Shown: positions 37,621 to 50,940, counted from the stretch's first letter. The stretch: 55,309 nucleotides of DNA from Octopus bimaculoides (GCF_001194135.2 NC_068985.1:44133166-44188474), one strand, 5' to 3'. Numbers and translations are program-made. The notes: generated by a model from the sequence alone, not told the origin.

Positions 37621-38247
37621 GAATTTGGTGGAATTTGAACTCAGAAAGTGAGAGGAAGTAACTAAAGACCACTACACTACACCTTATGTCTGCTGACTTT
37701 GAGACTCATCACTAAATATTTCATCCAATGCTCTAGCGATTCTGCCATTCAACAAAATAATCATATGTGCTCTTTAGCAGTCATCAGGAATTGATCTGGA
37801 CTTTAAATTAAAACAGTTTTCTACCACAAATCCTTTACTAGAGGTGGCAATGGAATGGTTATTACATGGTTTATCAGATTAATGAATACACAGACATACA
37901 CATACATGCACACTAAAAAAAAAAAAACCTAGCTTTCATGTCCTCATCACTGTCATGACTGTCTCTACCACTACCACTACCCCCACCACTACCATCATCA
38001 CTACTACCACCACTACCATCACGACAATAACAGAGGCATTCACAATCACAACCATCTGTATTGTTCATAATATACAAACCAAGCACGAAAGAATGGACTC
38101 TTAAATGATAGCGATGATGACATTCATCACTACCAGTATAACTATCTTTAAGATAGGATATGGTAGAGGCCCTCAACAGTTGAAGAGATTTAAATAGCAT
38201 TGTATTGATTCCATTGACAGTTACCAATGATAGTTAGTAATTCAGAA

Positions 38248-38525
38248 TCACAAGACCACAGAACTACAGAATTAAAGAAGCACACATCACAGAACTCCAC
38301 AATCACATAGCCACGGAATCACACAGCTCCCACATTTACAGAACCACACGACTATATATCCATAGAACCATGCAAATACACATCCACAGAAGTACACATG
38401 TACATGTTTACAGCGCCATACAACTCCACAATCACATAACCACAGAACTATACAGTCACAAAGTCACACATCCATACACCGCAGAACAACACAACAAAAC
38501 ACTACAGAATTACACATGTTCAGAA
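38248..38525. repeat. Degenerate CA-rich minisatellite built on ACAGAAC
   Basis: ACAGAAC/ACAGAAT/ATAGAAC recurs about every 20-40 bp. Confidence 0.55.
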
Positions 38526-39180
38526 CTACTTAAGATATCTGAATCTAACATTTGTTAAATACTGAATAATAAAGGAGAAAGAAAAAAACAAACAGACAAA
38601 ACAAAACAAGCAAATAAACAATTGATGCTATAACAAAATCAGGAAGAGAACTGTTATGTTAATACAATATTCATGCTGGTAGCAAGAAAAATGGCAAGAG
38701 AGTAGTATGGTGATTATGTCTCAAAGAAATGGAAATCTTAGCTTTAACAAATAAATTTGCTTGTAGTGTATGGACACATCACTGATGATAGCCACTTCTG
38801 GCTATTTCTGTTTACTTCCCCTTTCAGTCATTGTTATAGAGGGAGCTGCTGTAGTGGATGGCTCAAGAGTTCAAAACAATTCTTCAATGAAGTCAGGGGT
38901 TGTTGTTGTTTTCTGTTGGTGATTTACTCCAAGCCAGTTCTGATCAAGCAGATGTAGGACCAAAGTTGTTCCATCCATAACCGTTGTCTTTTTTTAAATA
39001 CACTGTATACATGTCTCTATTCAGTGACTTGAGATAGACTTAGCTGCTATTTCTAGCAGGCAAAGTGGGTACATAAAAACTTGCTTGTTAACCTCATGGA
39101 CTTAGGATGGGGGAGGAAACTGCAGTGTTGCTTCTCTAATCCACACCATATGTGTGTGTGAATAAATATATTTACATATA

Positions 39181-40095
39181 CAGGGTGTGATGGGTAAATT
39201 GCTGCCATATTATATTTTTAATTTCAAGCATGTCATTGTTTGTTTTTGATTTTGTCGACTACACAGTATTGTAGGGAACTGTATGTGAGAAAAACAGCTC
39301 CATGACGCAATTCTCTCTGCCAGAAATTTGGAAATGACATGATGTACTGCTTGATACTTGCACTGGAAGCACCAATATGAACATTTCAGAGTGTTTGGGT
39401 GTCAATCTGAGGACACGTACCAAGAGTGATAAAAATCAAACATACAGTCAACATCATAGTGTTTGAAGTGATCACTAGTGATGGCGACATTATGACTCCA
39501 TTCATCTTCCCACATGGACTCAGACTTAACACAGAGGCCTACATCAAGTGCTTGGAGGAGGTAGTGCTGTCCTGGGTCAAGAGGGTGGCTGCTGGAAGAC
39601 CCTCTGTCTGGCAACAGGACTATGCACCATGCTACACAAGCAGGAAAACCCAGTCATGGCTGTCAGACAGTTTCTGCGACCACATCACCCCTAACATCTG
39701 GCCACCTAACTCCCCAGACTGCAGCCCCCTTGNNNNNNNNNNCACCCCTAACATCTGGCCACCTAACTCCCCAGACTGCAGCCCCCTTGATTATTATGTG
39801 TGGAGCACAGTTGAGCGAGAGATCAACAAAACCCCTTGCAACACCAAAAGATGAACTGAAGGCAAGGATTATTGCAACATTCACCAACTTAAACAAAGAG
39901 ACTGTCCAGAAGAGTTGCAGGAGATTCTGAAGTCGTCTGGAGGCTGGGGTTGAAGCCAATGGCAATTTTAGTGAATAAATTTACTCTTTAGTATTTCAAG
40001 ATATTTTAATGTAATTTTGGTAAATATATCTGTTAAAATGAGATGTCATTGTTATTTTCATTCTTGCGTAATTTAGACAAGTTTATTCATTGTAC

Positions 40096-40099
<4 letters not shown>
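39181..40099 (+). mobile_element. Internally deleted Tc1/mariner-superfamily transposon of DD37D (maT) type
   Basis: TA-flanked degenerate TIRs CAGGGTGTGATGGGTAAATTG and (rc) CAGAGTACAATGAATAAACTTG. Catalytic C-terminus WQQDYAPC...WPPNSPDCSPLDYYVW has 37 residues between the 2nd and 3rd D. The DNA-binding N-terminus and first D are missing. Confidence 0.85.
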
Positions 40100-40134
<35 letters not shown>

Positions 40135-40287
40135 ATTATTATTAAAGTAGCTAGGTGCAATGTAAAACCAAAAGGCACAAGTACAATTGTCACTAAAAGT
40201 GATCAAGGGTGCAAGTCACTTTTAGTGATGATTGTACTTACACACACAAAGGGTATATGCGTATGTGTGCATATAATACATATGTGC

Positions 40288-40323
<36 letters not shown>

Positions 40324-40433
40324 GGTATGGTAGATGAGTTCAGCAAAAATTTAGATTCAGATGAATATGGTACTTAAGTTGAGGCACCAGAATTTAGCAC
40401 GGTATTATCCATACAATTTCAAAATAAGGTGAT

Positions 40434-40589
40434 TAAAATCAAAATAAGCAAACAAGGATATCCAGAGGTAATGCAGTATGATTGGCTCATGCAACTCCAT
40501 TTAATTAAACTCCATTCAATTAAATGGAGTTGCATGAAACAATTGTACTGCATTACCTCTGGATATCCTTGTTGCTTATTTTGATGTTA
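40434..40589. mobile_element. Palindromic MITE-like element (~70-bp arms, 11-nt loop), TA-flanked
   Basis: ATCAAAATAAGCAAACAAGGATATCCAGAGGTAATGCAGTA...CATGCAACTCCATTTAATT is mirrored at 40518-40585. Confidence 0.8.
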
Positions 40590-41343
40590 TATATATATAT
40601 ATATATATATGAATGCATAGATTACATTAGGAAGGACATCCAGCTGTAGAAAACCATGTCAAATCAGACTGGAGTTTGGTGCAGCCTTTCAGCGTGCCAG
40701 CCCAGCCAAACCATCCAACCCATGCCAGCATGGACAATATGGACGTTAAATGATGATGATGGTGATGATATATATATATATTATATTATATTATATAATA
40801 TTATATTATATTATATACACTATGCGTGCGCATGCACACACACGCACACAAGTAGTAATAGCAACACAAGTGTTAGGAGTCATATCAACAGCAGCACTAA
40901 CAGTAGTGGTAGCAACAACAGTAACAACAACAACAACAATACTATGATTTAAAAGCTAGATGTGAAACAGTGAACACATGTCCTTACATCTGAGTTGTTT
41001 GCTATTATTATTGTTCAGTGAAAGCCAGTGAAACTGTGAAAGTATTTGATTAAAGGCTTGCAGAGAACAAGTCAACAGGACATGTTTTGACAAGCTGGAC
41101 ATTTGGAAAAGGTTATACTTGGCAAGCCAACACTAATGCTTCCATTTACACAGATCATGTTCATTACTTTACTCACAAAGGCACATTTTGCATAGATATA
41201 TACACATATATATATAAATGTATGTATGTAGCCTTTACAAACAGACATATGTATATAGATTCCAGTATGCATTTAGAGAGATATACACAGACGCTTATAT
41301 TGATGCCTTAATATACATACACAAACACGTATATGTCTGTATA

Positions 41344-41406
<63 letters not shown>

Positions 41407-41826
41407 NNNNNNNNNNNNNNNNNNNNNNNNNNNNNNNNNNNNNNNNNNNNNNNNNNNNNNNNNNNNNNNNNNNNNNNNNNNNNNNNNNNNNNNNNNNNNN
41501 NNNNNNNNNNNNNNNNNNNNNNNNNNNNNNNNNNNNNNNNNNNNNNNNNNNNNNNNNNNNNNNNNNNNNNNNNNNNNNNNNNNNNNNNNNNNNNNNNNNN
41601 NNNNNNNNNNNNNNNNNNNNNNNNNNNNNNNNNNNNNNNNNNNNNNNNNNNNNNNNNNNNGTGGTGAAAGAGTACGGCAGGGTTTGCCACCAACCCCTGC
41701 CAGAGCCTCGTGAAACTTTAGGTGTTTTCGCTCAATAAACACTCACAACACCTGGTCTGGAAATCGAAACCACGATCCTTTGACCGCGAGTCCGCTGCCC
41801 TAACCACTAGGCCATTGCGCCTCCAC

Positions 41827-41868
<42 letters not shown>

Positions 41869-41874
41869 TGTCTG

Positions 41875-42300
41875 TGTGATGCGTATGGATGAAGACAGCT
41901 GTGTAAAGAAGTGCCAGTCTCTAACTGTGGAGGGAACCTGTGGATGAGGTAGATCTAGGAAGACATGGAATGAAGTGGTGAAGCATGGTCTTCAAACGTT
42001 GGGCCTCATGGAGGCGATGACAAGTGGCTGAGACCTTTGGCAATATGTCGTGCTTGAGAAGACTTGTCAAACCAAGTGAAATCGTAGTCGAGACCAATGG
42101 TGGTGCTACATAAGTGTCACCCATGTCTGTGACACATAAAAGCACATTAAAANNNNNNNNNNATGGTGGTGCTACATAAGTGTCACCCATGTCTCTGACA
42201 CATAAAAGTACATTAAAAGCACTCATTACACTCTTGGAGTGGTTGGTGTTAGGAAGGGCATCCAGCCTTAGAAACCATGCCAAAGCAGATCTGATTCAGT
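41875..42300 (+). mobile_element. RTE LINE ORF 3' end plus 3' UTR
   Basis: VMRMDEDSCVKKCQSLTVEGTCG*GRSRKTWNEVVK, followed by the family tail. Confidence 0.85.
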
Positions 42301-42418
42301 CTTCTGGCTTCCCAGTTCAATGAGAGAGACAGAAGATGAAATATATGAGAATCTTTATTGATCACTACTATTGTTTCAATCTATCTAGTATCAATCCCTC
42401 ATGGGTAGGATACTGCAC

Positions 42419-42764
42419 AACTGGTTTAGGTGTATCCCTTGGTGTAGGTGTGTCTCCTCAGGTGATTTCAAGAGGTATCTCATTAAAATAAACTTTGTTT
42501 TGCACAGTTTATTACTGCATGTTTACTTCTTGGGCTTTGCAAACAGAAATTGGAAATTGAAGGATACTGCTTTTTGTATCTGATCATTGTTATTGATCCT
42601 CTATAACAGTGAACCAGTATCCATCAATTTGCAATTTCTATCTACAAAGATCAAGAAATAAACATACAGTAAATAAGTTGTGCAAAACAGGTTATTTTAA
42701 TGAGATACCTCTTGAAATCACCTGAGGAGACACACCTATACTGAGGGATACATCTCAACCAGTT
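42419..42764. mobile_element. Large foldback element (~150-bp arms, ~45-nt loop)
   Basis: GGTGTGTCTCCTCAGGTGATTTCAAGAGGTATCTCATTAAAATAA is mirrored exactly at ~42694-42738; inner arms ..AAATTGAAGGATACTG and CAGTATCCATCAATTT also pair. Confidence 0.85.
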
Positions 42765-43089
42765 TTCCTAACAGTTGAAATGATTTGAACTTCTTTGTGA
42801 CTTGTCCTCCTTCCTTCTATTCTTTCTTTCATATCGCCAGAGCATTCACACACTACCACTCTCAATGCGTCAATTCATTAACTCTTACCTTTCTCATTCC
42901 CCAACTCCACAGTTCAAGTTTCCAAGATAGCAAGTCTACTGCCATGACATTTTTAGTGCTAGCTCAGACACAGTTCATCTAGGTATGTTTGGGTAGGGTA
43001 ATTGAACAGGTACTGTGTGGTTATTGTGCGAATTTTGGAGCAATCAATATTCTCTCATCATTTATCTAAGATTACATATGCATGTGAGT

Positions 43090-43142
<53 letters not shown>

Positions 43143-44969
43143 TAAGACTGGTTCAAATATATTTGAGATATTTGAACCGCTAGAGATTTTTACTGTAGTC
43201 TGATGTGGAGAAAAGATTCTCATTTAAGGTAAAAAAGGTGTTAAAACACCACACTCAGGTCAGAGTGCCTTCTATTGAACTGATGGATGTATTTCAAACA
43301 TTTTTGTTCAAGAGAGGCAACTCTAAGCATATTAAATTTCCTTCATCATAAATCAGTTAATATAGTTTGATTGTGCACATATAGTTTTCTTTTTTCCTTG
43401 TTAGGTCTAGAAGAAAGGTCACTGTTCAAGAATGTTCTAGGCCCATTTTGAAATCAGTGAGACTGAAGATAAAAAAACCAAAAGATGAGCTGGTAATAAC
43501 TAGTGTCTTTGAACATAGATCTGCTAACTGGATCATGTCTGACTTGGCTAAACAACAACAAAACATCAGTCGATACTTTATCTACATCATGATGTGATAA
43601 CCAAAGCCAATTTTTGTTTTTAATCTTTAGTAATCAGAGAAAGAAAAGTCATAGATTTGTTTCTACACTTATTGACATTAACAGAGAATATTCCTTGTTA
43701 TCCCTCCAAAGTTCCACGGAAGTATTTGAATGCAGCACAGCAAAGTTAATAAAGGACAGCTCACCAATTGTCTAAAAACCTTTGCTGAGTTGATATACCA
43801 CAACTGACAGATTCTTTTCATCACATTGTGTGAGATTCTCTTTCTATAGGATGGAATTAATTCAATTATTGGTTTAACCATTAAAGATACTGCCAACTAT
43901 GCTACAGCCATAGACCAAATGTCTTTAGGTTTTTATTTACAGGGCTCACTATTCACTTCTTTCCATAATTAAATATTGAGACAGATCATCCAGTATTACA
44001 TATATGTGTCTTTGTGTGTGTGTGTATATATAATATATATGGAAAGAGAGAGGGTGGGGTGGGAAGAGGGAAATGTTCCTAATTTTGGCACATATAATGG
44101 TTACTGTATTTCATTGTAACCCTTTCTTTCCCTTTCATGTTTGACCTAAATTCCAGAGCAACAATCAATAATTTTTATGGTTGAAGCCATCTGCAGACAC
44201 GCTGTTAGTTCTAAATGTACTTGAATTCATTTTATAAAATCTATACTCCTGAGACATACCACTTATTATTCATAATAAATGTCTTATTATTTGCAACTTT
44301 GTGATTACTCATATGGAGTGTGTTGTAGCATTTAACAGAATAATTGCTATTTTTGTTAAAGGGATTTCTGAATGATAACAATGTAACATCAGCATGTCAA
44401 TCAGACCTTTGTTTTTTTTATTTTATCATTATTTTTTGTAATTTTGCTATCTCTTGAGGAATACCATACCTACGAAGTAGATATGAAAAGATGAAAAAAA
44501 TTGAAGAAAAAAAAAAATAAAATAAAAGATTAAGCTCTTCGAAGATTTTCCCCCCATGTCTATTCATTCAGTTATTTTTTATTTATTTATTCCCAGGAGT
44601 TGCAACAAGTAGGAGACAGAGAGAGAGAGAGAGAGAAAGAAAGAAAATTTCTTCTTTCCAAACAATAATCCACAATTCCACAGGGGATGTTGTCATTTGT
44701 AAACCTCTCAATACAACTCTGAGAATCTTTTCAGTCTTGTTTCAATACGGTTTTTTTGAATCAATGCTCAATAGTCTTTGTCTGGCACGTAGATATTCTA
44801 ATGAATGGATACTTTAAAGTAAATTTCCTGCAATTCTCAAACCACTTCCGTAGATTCTTCAGACATATCCTGAGTGATTCTTTGCCAACATTCAATAAAT
44901 TATATATTATGTTATATTGTGTTTTTTAAAAAAGTTTTCTTATAAAACGTGTGATATCTATCTATCTAT

Positions 44970-45005
<36 letters not shown>

Positions 45006-45138
45006 GTATATATTACATGTGTGTATATAAATGTGTAATGCAATGACCTGTCAACAGGAATTACACTGAAGCATTACAAACTAAACATAATACCATATCT
45101 CAGTTGCTCATCTTGTAAAAATAGTTGTTAAATCTCTC

Positions 45139-45368
45139 TTCACCCTTTAGCATTCATATTACTCTTCGAAATTTTATGCTTATTTATTCACCTTGTTTTG
45201 ACTTCATCATGCATTACTTCATAACTTTAAGATTTCAATGATGTGATTGCTTATTTTTAGAATGATATAGCAGGGTAGATGTGAGAGAGCAAATCTGGTT
45301 GGTTTGAGAACATAAAACAGGTAGAATATTTTAGCTGGATTTGGTGGGTTTAAATGCTTAAAAATTAA
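45139..45368. mobile_element. Possible decayed piggyBac-like MITE
   Basis: TTCA-CCCTTTAGCATT left end versus decayed AATGCTTAAAAA-TTAA right end. Confidence 0.4.
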
Positions 45369-45515
45369 ATTGTACCCTCTTACTTAAGTAAGGAAAGGGC
45401 AAGTAGGAAAACTTTCACCCAAATTTCCCCAAATAATTTCGGAACCCCTGTCCCATATTGCATTAGAACAAAGCTGAGAACAATATTGTTTAACTACAGA
45501 TCATAAATGATTGTA

Positions 45516-45836
45516 AGGCATGTGGCTTAGTGGTTAGGGCATTCAACTCACCAACGTAAGGTCATGAGTTCAATCCCTGGCCATGTGTTGTGTCCTTGAG
45601 CAAGACACTGTATTTCATGTTGCTCCAGTCCACTCAGCTGGCAAAAATGAGTTGTACCTGTAATTCAAAGGGTCAGCCTTGTCACATCCTATGTCACGCT
45701 GAAGTTCCCACTGAACTACGTTAAGAGTGCATGTGTCTGTGGGGTGCTCAGTCACTTGCACGTTAATTTCACAAGCAAGCTGTTCCGTTGATTGGATCAA
45801 CTGGAACCCTCGTTATCCATAACCAACGGAGTGCCA
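45516..45836 (+). mobile_element. tRNA-headed SINE with CORE/Meta-like domain and tail type 2 (tail shared with the 35940 SINE); minus copy at 51762-51990
   Basis: TGGCTTAGTGG, GAGTTCAATCC, CCTTGAGCAAGACACT core, then CCTGTAATTCAAAGGGTCAGCCTTGTCAC...ACGGAGTGCC. Confidence 0.8.
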
Positions 45837-46109
45837 TTTTTTTGTTTTTGTTTTTAAATGATGAGAGGTGTTCAGCCATGACCATCCCACATCTTTCTTT
45901 CAGGCATTGTATATCTAGGACTATGCTATTCAATGTGGCTCTCTCTCTCTCTCTCACCCTTTTCAAATTGAAGAAAATTTGGCTGTTATTTCTAGTGGAT
46001 CAAGTAACCAAATAGAAACGCTCTAGCTAACAGGTAACACAGTTGTGGTTGAGGTTGTCTAGCTAACACCTAACATTAGTGTACAGGTAATATTGGACCT
46101 AAAATTGTA

Positions 46110-46275
46110 TAGTGGTGGTGGTAATAGTAATAACGGTGGTTGTGATAGCAGTAGTGGTGGTGGTGGTAGTAATGGTAGTAGTAGTAGTGGTAGTAGTAGT
46201 TGTAGTAGTAGTGGTGGTGGTGGTAGTAGTAGTAGTAGCAGTAGCAGCAGCAGCAGCAGCAGTGGTGGTGGTGTT
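46110..46275. repeat. Compound (GGT/AGT/AGC)n trinucleotide microsatellite
   Basis: Direct reading; the poly-S/G and poly-V ORFs are artefacts. Confidence 0.9.
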
Positions 46276-46660
46276 AATAGTACAGATGGTCTTTGAATGT
46301 TTGAAGAAATGGAGACATCCTATTCAGAAAAGTATCCTAAACTGAACCTGTGACATTAAGATGTTATTTAATGGCATTAATTGATTTTAACATTTCTACA
46401 GAAATTATCACAGCAGTAACAATGCACAATTATAGCGCATGATTGTACACTGGACAGTATTTTTATTAGATTTCCTAATATTGCACATAAGTCTACTCAT
46501 CATAATCATTTAACATCTGTTATAGTAATATACTGCAGGTATGTTTGTGTACATGTACATATGTGTGTGTGTGTTTATGTGCGTGTGTGTATGCTTTTTT
46601 TTTTTTTTACTAAATTACACATTTTGCTGATGCATACCAGCACCAGTCACTTTGGAATGC

Positions 46661-46696
<36 letters not shown>

Positions 46697-47516
46697 NNNN
46701 NNNNNNNNNNNNNNNNNNNNNNNNNNNNNNNNNNNNNNNNNNNNNNNNNNNNNNNNNNNNNNNNNNNNNNNNNNNNNNNNNNNNNNNNNNNNNNNNNNNN
46801 NNNNNNNNNNNNNNNNNNNNNNNNNNNNNNNNNNNNNNNNNNNNNNNNNNNNNNNNNNNNNNNNNNNNNNNNNNNNNNNNNNNNNNNNNNNNNNNNNNNN
46901 NNNNNNNNNNNNNNNNNNNNNNNNNNNNNNNNNNNNNNNNNNNNNNNNNNNNNNNNNNNNNNNNNNNNNNNNNNNNNNNNNNNNNNNNNNNNNNNNNNNN
47001 NNNNNNNNNNNNNNNNNNNNNNNNNNNNNNNNNNNNNNNNNNNNNNNNNNNNNNNNNNNNNNNNNNNNNNNNNNNNNNNNNNNNNNNNNNNNNNNNNNNN
47101 NNNNNNNNNNNNNNNNNNNNNNNNNNNNNNNNNNNNNNNNNNNNNNNNNNNNNNNNNNNNNNNNNNNNNNNNNNNNNNNNNNNNNNNNNNNNNNNNNNNN
47201 NNNNNNNNNNNNNNNNNNNNNNNNNNNNNNNNNNNNNNNNNNNNNNNNNNNNNNNNNNNNNNNNNNNNNNNNNNNNNNNNNNNNNNNNNNNNNNNNNNNN
47301 NNNNNNNNNNNNNNNNNNNNNNNNNNNNNNNNNNNNNNNNNNNNNNNNNNNNNNNNNNNNNNNNNNNNNNNNNNNNNNNNNNNNNNNNNNNNNNNNNNNN
47401 NNNNNNNNNNNNNNNNNNNNNNNNNNNNNNNNNNNNNNNNNNNNNNNNNNNNNNNNNNNNNNNNNNNNNNNNNNNNNNNNNNNNNNNNNNNNNNNNNNNN
47501 NNNNNNNNNNNNNNNN
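46697..47516. other. Largest assembly gap; others at 9545-9689, 14761-14963, 15316-15325, 17105-17586, 31760-31780, 39733-39742, 41407-41660, 42153-42162
   Basis: N runs. Confidence 0.98.
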
Positions 47517-48167
47517 TGAAAGAACTTGTAGAAGATGGTTTGCAAAATTCAGAAGTGGAGATTTCAGCCTTGAAGATGAAGATCGAACAGAACGTCCAGT
47601 TGAGTTTGATGATAAGCTCCTTGAGGCATTACTTGAAGAAAATCCTGCATTATCAGTTGAAGAATTGGCAATAAAGCTTAGTTCAAACCATACAACTGTT
47701 CATCATCATCTTCAACAACTTGGAAAGGTTCCTAAACTTGGAAAATGGGTGCCTTGTGAATTATCCGAAAGCAACCACAAATCCCGAGTTGACATCTGCT
47801 CTTCTCTCCATTCTCACAAACTCATGTCACCCTTTTTGGATAGACTTGTGACTGGTGATGTAAAATGGATCTCCTATCGAAATGTTAAATGTCATAAACA
47901 GTGGCTTGGTAAAAGGGAAAAAGCTCAATCTTCTCTCTATCTGGTGGGATTGCAAAGGAGTAATTCACTCAATGCTCAAGTCTACTGTCAGCAATTAGAG
48001 CATTTGAACCAAGCTTTGAAGAAAAAAAGACCCACATTAGTGAATCGAAAAGGGGTGAAGTTTCATCAGGACAATGCACGACCCCACACTGCAAAGATCA
48101 CATCACAGAAGACTGAAGAGCTTGGTTGGAAAAAATTCCTCATCCACATTATTCTCCCAACCTTGCT
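47517..48167 (+). mobile_element. Mariner (DD34D-type) transposase fragment; 5' part in the gap, internal deletion, 3' truncated
   Basis: RRWFAKFRSGDFSLED, GKWVPCEL (WVPHEL), LVTGDVKW, FHQDNARPH, and frameshifted PHPHYSPNLA. Confidence 0.9.
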
Positions 48168-48199
48168 CTCAAGCCAATCTTCTTCACTAGAGGGACTGT

Positions 48200-48575
48200 C
48201 CTTAACACTTCTGCTGTGGAGTACAGGTCTTCTTGAATGCAGCAAGGTGCCAGGCATCTCAGTCCTTTGTTATCTTACTTGAAAGATTCAGCATCTTCAG
48301 GTCGTCCTGTAGTACTTTGTCCCACATCTTCTTGGTTCTCTCACTTCCACTTGTTCCATCTACTTTGAGAGATCAGCACTTTTTTATGGAGCTGTCAGCA
48401 TCCATCCCCATCACATGACCAAACCAGGGCAGTCTTCGCTCTTGCACACAACATCTAATCTAATTCCTTTGTTGCTTAGTTTCTCTCTCAATACACTCGC
48501 ACTCTGTTGGACATGTACACTTATAATGAATATGTCATATCTAATCTTTGTCTCCAGCATCAGTTACTACAGACA
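48200..48575 (-). mobile_element. RTE LINE ORF 3' end
   Basis: The reverse strand encodes VHVQQSASVLREKL...CVQERRLPWFGHVM...KKMWDKVLQDDLKMLNL. Confidence 0.75.
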
Positions 48576-48993
48576 CAAGCTTAGCTGTAATGTTAAGAAG
48601 CTTAGTTTGCAACTCCATAAATTTGGGGTTCAGTTCTACTGCATGGCACCTTTAGCAAGTGTCTTCTACAATATCCCTGAGCCAACCATTATTTTGTGGA
48701 CGAATTTGATACATGGAAACTGCGTAGAAGCCTATCATCATCATGTTTTAATGTTTATGTCTATGATATGAGATTGGACAGTGAATCAAAAGACTGCATT
48801 GTGCTCCAGTATCTGCTTTGGCATGGTTTCTCCAGTTGGATGTCCTTCCTAATGCCAACCACTTTGCAGTGTGCATTAGGTGCTTTTTATGTGACACCAA
48901 CACCAGCAAGGTCACCACGTAGCTTGCAAGTCAACAAACCCAGAGAGGAAAGGTGCTGCATCTGTATATTAGATTGGGGTTAGAGTATATGTG

Positions 48994-49038
<45 letters not shown>

Positions 49039-49738
49039 GTGTGTGTGTGTGTGTGTCCACTGCTTGACAGCCATTGTTGGTTTTATTTACCTTCCTGCAA
49101 CTTAGCAGTTCAGCAAAAGAAACTGATAGAATAAGTACTGGCAGTTGATCTGTTCAACTGAAACCTTCCAACATTGGTGCCCTAGCATGGCTGCAGTCCA
49201 ATGAGAGAAACCAGACCCATACCAATGTTTTAACTTAGTTTAACACTGGCAGCTAACATTAAAAATAAAAAAATAAAAATGTCATAGCTAAATACCTGGT
49301 TTACTAAAGTATATTACCACCAACATTGCCACTTATGGGCAATATTCAGAAAAACAACAAGAACAAAAAAAAAACAAAATAAAATAAAATAAAAAGAAAG
49401 CCAAAACAGTTGGGCCCCATCCCCATCAAAAACTCCTGTGTATTCCAAGAAGAGTTAACAGTTCAGTTCTGAATGACCATTCCAGAGTGATTTATGGAGT
49501 TGTTTTTTTACAGAAAGTTTAACATTTGTAAAGTCATTCACTTGTTCATTGCACTTATACTGTTAACATTTAACATCATCATCTCTCTCTCACACACACA
49601 CACACACACATTATCATGCATTGCACACAGGCACACATCATTGCAAACAAACAAAAGCTACTACATAAAAGCCTCTCTAAACTATTTTCTCATATATTAC
49701 ATAAACGCGCGTGCGTGTGTGTGTACGTATGTATATAC

Positions 49739-49773
<35 letters not shown>

Positions 49774-49796
49774 TACTTACACATAAACACATACAA

Positions 49797-49845
<49 letters not shown>

Positions 49846-50751
49846 TACACACACACACTGCACACATATGTCCTATTGATTGCTGCCAAGAGCCTGTCTG
49901 ATATACGAAGAACAATGAAAAACTTCAGTCATTCATTGTTCGGTTAGTTTCCTGCTATTTTCCTTACTCATACTACTTTGTCAATTTACTCAACTTTTTC
50001 ATTTGACCTTTGTCTTTTTTCTTTCATTCTTTTAATTTTTTTATTTTTTATTTTGTAACACAAACATGAAAAATATCTGACATTTCAAAGGATTGAAGTT
50101 TGGATTCCAAACAAGGCAGTGTTTTATATTCCTTGAAAGGAGAGGATACCAATGCCGATGCTAATGATGCTGATAGTAACAGACACTAATGTTATTGTAT
50201 TTCTTCCTTTCACAAATTTTCAACCATTTTATAATAAGTTATTAGATACTACAAATTGTAAAGAATCCCAAGTGGGCTGAGTCAAGCGGGTAGTGGACTC
50301 TATGCTGAAGGTTAGTGTTTTAAATCTCATCACTTTTGATATGTTCTGACCATTGGACAAGAATTCCACCCTTCCAGCTAGTGTGAAGAAGCATGTATGT
50401 GGCGGCTTGATCAGCCAGAAAATTTAACGAAAATCTCCTTCAAATCACACCCCACCAGCTTAAAGGGTACATAGAAATGTTATCCAAGATAAACCTTAGA
50501 AAAAAAAAAAGGATAATGATACTGAAATGCTTCTTGTTCATAGGTCTGTTTGTTCTATCACAGCAGAGACTGACCTTCAGTAAGTCTGGGAGACAATTCC
50601 GGACATGCTTCAGTATTATTTGACCTCTTCAGTGAAATGGTCTTACTAGATCTTGGCATGATGGTGAGACATAAAGAAGTTGACTAAATAAACATTGACA
50701 AAAGTGACAACTTAAAGAACATAAGAATGAGTTTATTATATTGTGTGACTG

Positions 50752-50940
50752 ACCTTCGTGCCGGTGGCACGTAAAAGCACCCACAACACTCTCGGAGTGG
50801 TTGGCATTAGGAAGGGCATCCAGCTGTAGAAACTTTGCCAAATCAGATTGGAGCCTGGTGTAGCCATCTGGTTCACCAGTCCTCAGTCAAATCATCCAAC
50901 CCATGCTAGCATGGAAAGCGGTCGTTAAACGATGATGATG
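50752..50940 (+). mobile_element. Young RTE 3' tail
   Basis: Near-identical to 9295-9486. Confidence 0.85.

Noticed and set aside
38783-38812. CTGATGA followed by a 5-bp stem (TAGCC/GGCTA)
   Set aside because: Followed by TTTC, not GAAA; the core is incomplete on both strands.
43765-43843. Minus-strand 79-nt exon candidate (KRISHNVMKRICQLWYINSAKVFRQL)
   Set aside because: Weak acceptor and no homology recognised; within chance expectation.
46561-48282. 573-aa ORF and the other X-rich ORFs spanning gaps
   Set aside because: Read-through of N runs; only the mariner portion is real coding-derived sequence.
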